64,000 bases of DNA. Source: the human T2T-CHM13v2.0 reference genome, Homo sapiens. How positions within the stretch are numbered: the first letter of the stretch is position 1; each line of letters opens with the position of its first letter. Made by a program: the position numbers and the translations under genes. Positions 54,257 to 64,000 of this stretch are shown piece after piece. Location of the stretch: assembly GCF_009914755.1 (NCBI RefSeq), contig NC_060947.1; one strand, written 5' to 3'. Under the pieces are notes generated by a model. It searched no databases and was not told where the DNA came from. It was given only the letters and a program-made list of their open reading frames with translations.

Positions 54257-54898
54257 TGATTTAGCAAAGACCTGGCCTGGGCCAAAGGGGTCACTTGTTG
54301 TCCCCAAAGTGTAATTCTCAAAGCAGAGACCCAACTTCCGTGACTACACTCGATGGGCTGTACTTTTGAGTGGGTCTGACTACAGAGTAACAGCTGCACA
54401 AAAGCTCCCAGAGCAGGCTAAGGAAAGGTGGTGCTAAGGGAAATGGGGCATTTAAAATTAAAGGAATGGAATGTACCACAGTGATTGCTGAGGTCTTGTC
54501 CCCCTTGAAAGTTCTATAATTCAGATGCCTAGTAGGACTGAGCTGCTTGAAGCCAGGCAGTTTTCTCTCATGGCCGCAAACACTGCCATTCATTGCAGCA
54601 ACACTTTCTTAGCATCTTCTAACTGCAGGTTCCTGTGCTGAGCCCTGGGAGAGGGAGATCAGCAAAGAGTCACACATGGTCCCAACTCTGGAGATGCATG
54701 GAACTCACAGTCCAGTGAGGAACAAGAAGGAAAAAATTCCTAATAGGACAAAATCGCTGAAGCATTGACCAGGCTGGATTGTTAGCTACATGAGCACAGG
54801 GATTATTATATGGCTTGTTTACTATGGTATACTCAGTGCCTGGTACCCACTCAATATTTGTTGAATGAAAGCTCTTTAATATTCCTATCCTGGGTGCC

Positions 54899-55340
54899 TG
54901 TGATCAATGATCAGTCTTATGTGCCCACTTGGCTAGCTATAGTCCCCAAGTATTCAATTAAACACTAATCTACATGTTGTTGTGAGAGTACTTTGTAGCT
55001 GTGCTTAACATCTACAATCAATTGACTTTAAGTAAGGGACATTATCCTAGACAATCTGGGTAGGCCTCAGTCAATCAGTTGAAAGGCCTTTAGTGCAAAA
55101 CTGAGGTTTCCATGAGAAAGAAAAAGTTCTGCCTGTGGACTGCAGCATCAGCTTCTGCCTGAGGGGTTCCAGCCTGTCCTTCCTGACAACCTGTCCTATG
55201 GATTTTGGACTTGCCTGGCCAGCTCCACAATTGATTGAGCCAATTCTTTGCAACAAATCTATTTATATGTCTATGTAATTATTTACCTATGTGTTCATTT
55301 ATGTATCTATCTCTCTCTCTTGTCTCATATCTATCTATCT
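54899..55340 (+). mobile_element. MLT2-type (ERVL) LTR
   Basis: tgtgat...ttatgtgcccacttggctagctatagt...caatcagttgaaaggcctt...actgaggtttcc; reverse-complement similarity to the 5300-5767 copy. Confidence 0.7.
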
Positions 55341-55799
55341 ACAGGGTGTCACCAGAGAAAGAGTACCAGTATCTAAACCTATATCTATATCTCCTGAGCC
55401 CACACCTTAACTCTACACCAGCACCCAGGGCTGTCACCCAACTAGCACTGCTCTTGCTGTCTGTGAGCTCTGCTGTCTTCTCCAATAGTCTGTGAGCTTG
55501 CTGAGGGGAGAGACCTGGTTGCCTTCATGTCTGTAGCCCCAGTGCCTAGCCAGGGCTTTGCGAGGAGTGATCTTTCTGAATGACTGTTGGATTAATGGAT
55601 GTAAAAAGGACAGGAAGCAGATAATAAAGTGTCATGGGTGACCTCTTAGGTCAGTTCACCCACCTTGCACAGCTTTAGTAATGACCTCTGCACCTGTGAT
55701 TGCTGAGCAGCCCGCTCTAGCACAGACCTCTCCTCTGAGCACCAGACTCATAGCTACTGTCACCTACTGCCTGTGGTAGAACCTCAAACTCAATATGAG

Positions 55800-55975
55800 A
55801 GGCAGCCGAATGTAGTGCTTAAAGAGTCTAGACTAATGGGCCCTACTGCCTGAATTGAAATACTTGCTTCTTCACTGATTAGCTGTGATATCTCAGGCAA
55901 ATTACTTTATCTCTCTGGAACTCAGTTACCTCACTTATAAATTAAAATCATCATCATCATCATCATCATCGTCAT

Positions 55976-56007
<32 letters not shown>

Positions 56008-56060
56008 TCCTCTACTTGATAGGGTTGGAGGAGGAGTGAGGTAACACATGTAAAATGCAG
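55800..56060 (+). mobile_element. MIR SINE carrying a compound trinucleotide repeat
   Basis: tagctgtgatatctcaggcaaattactttatctctctggaactcagtt core. Confidence 0.7.
55947..56009 (+). repeat. (ATC)8 GTC (ATC)4 (AGC)7 ATC compound trinucleotide repeat
   Basis: Counted directly. Confidence 0.92.
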
Positions 56061-56099
56061 AGACGGGGTCCTGTAATACCGTATGCTCTCTACAGCACT

Positions 56100-56960
56100 G
56101 AAGACCTGTTAACTAATATTATAATGTTTCATTCAAATTGCTTTAAAACTAAACTCAAGATCTTCTCCAAGATGTTCCTCCTTCCCTGTATTCTGCACTA
56201 TATAAATTTCTCTACGTCCACACCCCTTCCACTTCCCAATATATTTTTAAATTGTGTCAACTCTAATTCTTAAAAATCTTTTTTCTCCATCCTCCCTGCC
56301 ATCACTATGATCCCAGCCACCACCATCTCTCACCTGGATGACTGTGACAGCCTCCTATATAGTCTCTCCACCACTGTTCTTGGCCCCTCCTCAAAGTCTG
56401 TCCCCTGCACAGCTGCCAAGGGGATCTCTACAAAGATTGTAACTCCTGCTTAGAACTTTTCAGTAATTTTCCATCTCATGATGAATAAAATGCAAACTCT
56501 TCCCCTGGCCCTGGCCTCCAATTCCTGTGTACCTTCTGATCTGATGTTCTGCCTCTTTCCCTGTCCTCCACTATGTTCTGGCTATACCAACTCCCTTGCT
56601 ATTCCTCAAACACATACGCACCTACTGCAAGGTATTTGCACATATTGATCTGTTTGGTTTAACCCCAATTAATCCTTCCCATTTATGTCTCATTTCACAC
56701 ACCACCTCTGCAAGAAAGAATTTCCTGACCTCCCAGACCAGGTCAGGTTCTCCATTGCATGCTTTCATTGCATCAAAGCTCTTAGCTCAGATGCCAATAT
56801 TCCTTTATTGGTGTGCTTCTCTGATTAATATCGTTGTCTTTCACTAAAGCCAAAAGCTCCATGAGGGCAGGGATTTTATCTGCCTTGTTCAAAACCGTCC
56901 TTCCGGTAGCTAGAAGAATATTTGGTACATAGCAGATGCTCAATAAATAGTTGTTAAATG
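56100..56960 (+). mobile_element. L2 fragment including the 3' end
   Basis: caccatctctcacctggatgactg...aagctccatgagggcagggattt...tagcagatgctcaataaatagttgttaaatg. Confidence 0.75.
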
Positions 56961-57309
56961 GCTGGATCATGGAAATAACATTCAAATTGGGCTTAGGATA
57001 TAAGCAGATATTTAAAACAAAAATTATAGGCACTTGGCGCCTGAGTGGTATAAACGGAGAAAAACAGATTTCAGGAGTAAAAACTACATGAGCAAAGGCA
57101 CAAAGGCATATACATAGAGGGCAGGTGGAGACACTGCTGAGGATTCTGGCATAGCAGGAAAGAAGGTTTCTGTGGTGAGAGGTGAGGCTGGGGTGACAGT
57201 GTGGGGGTCTGTAGCCTGGAGCCTCATCTTTGTCTGGAGGGCAACGGAGAGCTTGAAACGGTTCTACTTTGGGGAACGCTGGCCAGAAGTGAAGACTGCC
57301 TTTTAAAAA

Positions 57310-57631
57310 TTTATTTATTTACTTTTTTAATGCGACAAGGTCTCACTCTGTCTCCCAGGCTTGAGTGCGGTGGTGTGATCGTAGCTCACTGCAGCCTCCA
57401 ACTCTTGAGTTAAAGCAATCCTCCTGCCTCAGCCTTCTGAGTAGCTGGGACTACAGGTAGGTGCCATCACACCCATCTAATTTTAAAAAAATACTTTTTT
57501 TTTTTTTTTTTTTTTGTAGAGATGGGGTCTTGCTGTGGTGCTTAGACTGGTCTTGAACTTTTGGCTTCAGGCAATCCTCCTGCTTTGGCTCCCCAAAGTG
57601 CTGGGATTATAGGTGTGAGCCACCATTCTGC
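57310..57631 (-). mobile_element. AluJ-like element
   Basis: ggtctcactctgtc...tagctcactgcagcctcca...ccccaaagtgctgggattataggtgtgagccacc; CpG-depleted, with the middle A-run expanded. Confidence 0.85.
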
Positions 57632-58001
57632 TGCTCTGCCATCTTCATCTGGCCTCAGGTATCTTTCAAATGCTTCACTTTCAAATAAGCCACCTTCAAA
57701 TGCTCAGGTTGCATTTTCTCATGCTAGGACAAGCCCCAGGGAGTCCCAGTGGTTCTCCTTTCCTGTTCTACATTTTCTGAAGACTTGGAGCACTTTTTGT
57801 GGGCTCCAAGAAAAGCTTACACTAAGTTCTCCACACCAGGTGTTCAAATAACAGTCATTACTTAAAGTTAGATAACTGGGGAAAAGGTCAGAGCTACAGG
57901 TTTGGAGGAAAACTGTTGGGCCTTCTGGGAGGGGTTAGAATCACTGTAAGCTCCAGAGTTTAGGGCTTGGAAGATGGACCTGAGGCCAGAGTGAAAAGAA
58001 A

Positions 58002-58003
<2 letters not shown>

Positions 58004-58034
<31 letters not shown>

Positions 58035-58050
58035 GAGAGAGAGAGAGACA
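58004..58050 (+). repeat. (TG)n(GA)n microsatellite
   Basis: Seen directly. Confidence 0.85.
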
Positions 58051-59208
58051 GAGGGATAAACGAAGTGAGATAGAGAGACACAGAAACTAAGAGACACAGA
58101 GAGCAAGCCAGAGAGAGAGAAAGACAACCATGGTAATTAGAAAAGACAGAGGCACAGAGACATGGAGATCTAGGGAGACACAGGCAGAGACCCTGAAAGC
58201 CTAGGAGCCAGAGAGAGATGCTGCCCATGAGAAAGGCTGAGAGGCACAGTCAGAAGCATGGATGTGTGGAGCTGGTGGGCTGGCTTGCTCAGCTTCTGAT
58301 AAATGACTTCTTCCTTCCAGTGAAAAAGGATATACGAGCTCTGGATTTGGAAGTTACGTGGGGTAGGGGGGAGGGGAGCCAAAATACCAAGGGAAGACAA
58401 GTGAAAAATAAGCTTGTCAGCTGGTTAAGAAATTTACTGGTAAAGTTTTTATATCCACACATTTTCTTCTTTTTGAGCCCAGTCTGTGCAAGCAAGAAAG
58501 TAGGTGCAGAGGCTTCTCACCCTCAGAAAGGAGGTCAACATAACTAATGGCTTTTTCAGCACCCTGTTGAGAGTTTTTCCTCAACCTGCCCATGGTCTAG
58601 CCCCAGTCAAGGCAGCTGGGGGTTCCACGTAGATCCCATCACCAGCCCTTAACTCCATTCATTGTGTATTTCACCCCAGCCTGTGTCCTCAGGGCCACAG
58701 ATGTGGTAACCATGGGTGACATTCAGAGAGAAGGATGCTTTCTGGCTTCTTACTGCTGTACTGGAAAAGGGACTGCGGTATGACATGTCTCTTGTTTTTA
58801 TTTTCAATGTCAATTAGAAGGAAGCTTCATATATTCTGGATAATTGTGCCAGTGTCCATTGTCCTCTTGTGAATAGAGTCTGCAGCAAGGTGCAGAGGGC
58901 TAGATCTGGATTGTATGGAACTAGAGCTTCATTCTGTTCTACTACACTGGTGGCTCTAGGCACTCTCTTCCTTTCTCTGGGCTTCCGATTTCCCTGTCTA
59001 ACAAAAGGACAGGTAATTAATTACTAAGAGGCCTTCCGTTTGCATCATTCTCAAAGTCCTGGTGTTTTCAAAATCCCTAATTGGTAACCACCCACACAAG
59101 TCTATCATGACTTCCTCAGAAATATGAGTTGAATGGTTGTACCACTGGGTGGACTCACGACTATCTGAGCAGCTATAGCAAAATGGTGTACATTAAAACT
59201 TGGTGTTC

Positions 59209-61554
59209 CATCAAAAAGCTTATCCACCATGATCAAGTAGGCTTCATCCCCGGGATCCAAGGCTTGTTCAACATACACAGATCAATAAATGTGATTAGTC
59301 ACATAAGCAGAACTAAAGAAAAAAACACATGATTATCTCAATAGATGAAGAAAAGGCCTTCAATAAAATTCAACATCCCTTCATGTTAAAACCCTCAATA
59401 AACCACATATTGAAGGAGCATACCTCAAAATAATAAGACCCATATATGACAAACCCACAGCCAACATCATACTGAATGGGCAAGAGCTGGAAGCATTCCC
59501 CTTGAAAACCAGCCCAAGACAAGTTTGCCCTCTCTCATCACCCCTATTCGATACAGTATGGAAGTTTTGGCCAGGGAAATCAGGCAAAAGAAAGAAATAA
59601 AGGGCATTCAAATGGAAAGCGAGGAAGCCAAACTATCTTTGTTTGCAGATGACATGATCCTATATCTAGAAAACCCCATCGTCTCATTCCAAAAGCTTCT
59701 TAAGCTGATAAGCAACTTCAGCAAAGTCTCAGGATGTAAAATCAATGTGCAAAAATCGCTAGCATTCCTATACACCAACAACAGGCAAGCAGAGAGCCAA
59801 ATCACAAATGAACTCCCATTCACAATTGTCACAAGAAGAATAAAATATACAGTCAACAAGGGAAATGAAGGACCTCTTCAAGGAGAACTACAAACCACTG
59901 CTCAGAGAAATCAGAGATGACACAAACAAATGGAAAAACATTCCATGCTCATGGATAGGAAGAATCAATATCGTTAAAATGGCCACACTGCCCAAAGTAA
60001 TTTATAGATTTATTAAACGACTATTGACACTCTTCACAGAATTAGGAAAAATCTATTTTAAAATTCATATGGAACCCAAAAAAGCCCAAATAGCCAAGGC
60101 AATTCTAAGCCAAAAGAACAAATCTGGAGGCATCATGCTGCCTGACTCAAACTATACTACAGGGCTATAGTAACCAAAACAGCATGGTACTGGTACAAGA
60201 ACACACATAAAGACCAATGAAACAGAATAGAGAACCCAGAAATAAGACTGCACACTTAAAACTATCTGATCTTCAATAAACCTGACAAAAACAAGCAATG
60301 GGGAAAGGATTCCATATTTAATAAATGTTGCTGGGAGAACTGGCTAGCCATATGCAAAAAATTGAAACTGGACCCCTTCCTTACATCATATACAAAAATC
60401 AACTCAAGATGGATTAAAGACTGAAACATAAAACCAAAAACTATAAAAACCTTAGAAGAAAACCTAGGCAATACCATTCAGGACATAGGCACAGGCAAAG
60501 ATTTCATGATAAAGATGCCAAAAGCAATCACAACAAAAGCAAAAATTGACAAATGAGATCTAATTAAACAAAAGAGCTTCTGCATAGTAAAAGAAACTAT
60601 CAACAGAGTAAACAGATAACTTACAGAATGGAAGAACATTTGTGCAATCTTGCCTTCTGACAAAGGTCTAATATACAGCATCTATAAGGAACTTAAATTT
60701 ACAACAAAAAAAAAACCATTAAAAAGTGGACAAAGGTCATGAACAGACACTTCTCAAAAGAAGATATACTTGTGGCCAACAAACCTGTAAAAAAGCTAAA
60801 CATCACTGAACATTAGAGAAATGCTAATAAAACCACAATGAGGTACCATGTCACACCAGTCAGAATAGCTATTACTAAAAAGTCAAAAAACAACAACTAC
60901 TGGTGAGGTTGTGGAGAAAAAGGAATGCTTCTACACTGTTGGTGGGAGTGTAAATTAGTTCAACCATTGTGGAAGACAGTGTGGTGATTCCTCAAAGATC
61001 TAGAGGCAGAAATACCATTTGACCCAGTAACCCCATTACTGGGTATATACCTAAAGGAATATAAATCATTCTATTATAAAGATACATGCATGCGTATATT
61101 CATTGTAGCACTATTTGCAATAGCAAAGACATGGTATCAACTGAAATGCCCATAAATAATAGACTGGATAAAGAAAATGTGGTACATATACACCATGGAA
61201 TACTATGCAGCCATAAAAAGAAACTCTATCATGTCTTTTGCAGGGACATGGATGGAGCTGGAGGCCATCATCCTCAGCAAACTAACACAGGAACAGAAAA
61301 CCAAATAATGTGTGGTGCCACTTATAAGTGAAAGCTGAATGATGAGAACACATGGACACACACTGAGGCCTGTCAGAGGGTGGGGAGGGGTGGGGGGAGG
61401 GAAAGCTTCAGGAAGAATAGCTAATGGAAGCTGGGCTAAATGCCTGGGTAACGAGATGATCTGTGCGGCAAACCACCATGGCAAACATTTACCTATGTAA
61501 CAAACCTGCACATCCTGCACATGTACCCTTGAACTTAAAATAAAAGTTGGAAAA
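59209..61554 (+). mobile_element. 5'-truncated primate L1 (older L1PA, roughly PA13-16), from the ORF2 RT region to the 3' UTR, disabled
   Basis: ORF2 peptides [23 protein letters not shown] and [17 protein letters not shown] with frameshifts; G-rich 3' UTR; A tail; TSD aaaa[c/g]ttggtgttc at 59195-59208 and 61555-61568. Confidence 0.93.
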
Positions 61555-61959
61555 AAAAGTTGGTGTTCAACGTGGCATACAGGTCTAATGTGACATGTCT
61601 CAGAACTCTGATCTTGATCTTGATCATTCTCACATTTACAGAAGTGATTCAGGTACAGGCGTATAAGGCAGTTGTGCCAAACTTGCCAATGCTCCAAGGT
61701 TTGGAGAAAAGGATGGAACTAGCTATAACACCCTAGCCCAACTCAACACGATGACTTCTGAAAGAGTCATTTAAAAAGTCATTATGTTTTAAAAATAAAT
61801 TGTATGACCCTGATTAAAGAACTCAGGCCCTGAAGAAACTCAGAAGAGAAATACCTCGTTTGGTTAACCATAAAGTTCCAAAGGGGCCTACAGTGCAATG
61901 TGACCACAGAACTAGCTGCCACAGTAGTTGGCTGTACAGTGTAGAATGAAGGAAATAAT

Positions 61960-62400
61960 GACTCCCCTCTGATCAGACAATATTCACAGACTTGAGCTCA
62001 GTTTTGGGCCCCACACTTGAACTGGGCTGGGTAAAACCTGGCATATGCAGAAAAAAACTACTAGATGGATGGAGAGGAGAAAAATGTGAAAGAACTGTTC
62101 AGCGTGGAGAAGAGCGGATTCCTGGTGGAGCATGGCCATCCTCTTGAGGTCTCTGAAAGTCTGTCCTGTGGAGGAGGACCCACAGCTTGCCAACTCCTGG
62201 GCCCTAGAAGGAAACCCTAAGATGAATCATCAGGATGCAAGTTGGAGGAAACAATTGGCTGCCTGAGGGGTGGGTTTTGTCAACATAAAAATGTGTCTTC
62301 TGTGCTCCCTGCTCCCAATAACACAATGGACTTCACAAAGGCATTCTAGCTGTGAGTACGAAGAAGCATTTCCAGGTGACTGGAGGAGCAGGTGTCAAGG
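61960..62400 (+). mobile_element. L3/CR1 LINE 3' fragment
   Basis: tcagttttgggccccacact...tgttcagcgtggagaagag...ctgaaagtctgtcctgtggaggagga. Confidence 0.55.
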
Positions 62401-64000
62401 ATTCTGCAGCTGGAGACCTCAGGGTTTGAGAAGCCTTTTTCTTACACTCCTGCTCATTTACTTTTTAAGTTGGTCATTCATTCACTCATTCATTCACTGA
62501 CAAGCCATTCCTAAGAACTGAAGAAGACCCAGGCCCTATCAACAAGGGGCTTCAGGGTTCGAGGGCTTCCTGCAGCCACAGATGATTCCTGAGGTATGCA
62601 TTCATTAAGATGCACACTGGAAGCAGAGAAGCCTTTTGCAGAGTGCTGTCCCTCTGCTACTAGCCCCTTGTCCTGGAGGTGGAGGTCATGTTCAGTAGAG
62701 CTGACCCAGCCTGAGAAGGTCGTAAAGCCCCAAGGGAACCATGCTCAACATTGTGCCTGGCACTGAGCCATAGCCTAAGCATCATTCAGACTGTGGTGTT
62801 TGCTGCATCTCCTTCCTGCCTGTTGCCAGAATTGTAGTGGCATTTGGTGGCACCACAGGCAGCAGAAACATCAAGGATCCCTCCCTCAAGGAGGTGTGAT
62901 TCACCAAAGGTGAGAATAGCCAGATTACAATGCTGCAAAAGCCTTAGAGATAAACTTGCCAATTAGTATGGAAAAGAATGAGGTCCCAAAGGCTTCAGAA
63001 CCCTGTGTTTGTCTCTTCTCTTTCAGAGCAGCAAAAATTTTGGAGGCAGCCTGGGGTCCCTCCTGAAGCAGAAGAGCCACAACAGGCACTTTGGGATGGA
63101 GCTGTCGAGCCACAGCATAAGCCCCCGCACTCACAAATCGACTGGCAAATTCATCCACTGTGGTAGAGATGGATTTGTTTCCCAGGGACACTAGAGGAAT
63201 GCACAAATATGAAGCCTGCATGTCAGTCCCCCTTCCCACAGGGTTCTGTGCTGCTCCCTTCCACCTAACAGGGGTCTGGGTTAGAGTCAGCCACAACTCC
63301 TTACCACATATTTTTCATTTGCTAGCCATTGCCTCGCCCAGGTTGCAAGCCCAGTCTTTTGTCTCTTGTAGTCGGGGTCTCAATTTTGGTATGGGGATAA
63401 CAAGAGAGGAGTTGTGGGAGGTTGCTCTCCTAGAGCTACTGGCTAGCCCAGGGTAACAACAAACTTCACTGGCATCCTTTCTCCTGAGCTGACCTGTGGA
63501 ACTGATGAGCCACAGGTGAGCTTGGGCACATCGCCACAAAGGCAAAGCTGATTTCTCCATGGCTGGGGTCCCTATACTGGGATGCCCTGGCTGGATTAGC
63601 TGCCACCAGCTGCTCGAAGGTGGATTCGCATTTCTGCCCCTACTGCAGAGGCCATTTATCATAGTGATGATAGATATTTAATCTGTAGCCTGAGCTGCAA
63701 GCACAGTGATAACTGTAGACAGAGGAAAGGTGAGATTCGTAGTCTGTGTTAATGGGGCTGCCTTTATCATGGCCAAATAAATAATGAAAGAAGATGATAA
63801 CAATGGTGCCTTTATGATCACCATGAAAAGCTCTTACTGCTTCAGGGTTCTGCACTGTGCTGGGCCGCATTTAAAAAGAAGGCAGGCAGAAAGCAAGCAG
63901 GCAAAGGGGCTGGGCAGGGCATCAGGCCAGGGACAGGGCGGAGGTCCCCCTATTGGCCTTAGTAAGTATGGCTGCAGCCAACCCTCCATTCTTACCAGTG

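Noticed and set aside
59525-60170. Reverse-transcriptase-like ORFs containing FADD
   Set aside because: Frameshifted ORF2 of a 5'-truncated L1, not an intact or novel reverse transcriptase system

Overview
Human genomic DNA (primate Alu/L1 content), recognisable as the Xq28 FATE1-CNGA2 locus. Two + strand protein-coding genes can be rebuilt exon by exon with GT-AG boundaries and continuous frame. FATE1 has 5 coding exons at 6432..13067 (183 aa). CNGA2, the olfactory cyclic-nucleotide-gated channel alpha subunit, has 6 coding exons at 28792..34856 (664 aa). The rest is intronic or intergenic: Alu, L1, L2, MIR, CR1, MLT2 and MER elements plus microsatellites. Apart from ORFs that overlap these exons or L1 ORF2, the ORF track is noise. 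I found no new multi-gene system. The best unexplained signals are: a 143-bp, 95%-identical non-Alu inverted repeat just upstream of the first CNGA2 coding exon; an out-of-frame upstream ATG 7 nt before the CNGA2 start; perfect palindromes in a (TA/TG/CA) tract next to the last CNGA2 acceptor; a 5'-inverted (twin-primed) processed retrocopy of a 3' UTR, probably NAP1L1; a very young AluYa5-lineage insertion; and an old dimeric tandem repeat in FATE1 intron 2. Gene, repeat-family and retrocopy-parent names are from recall, not database searches, and boundaries of old repeats are approximate.
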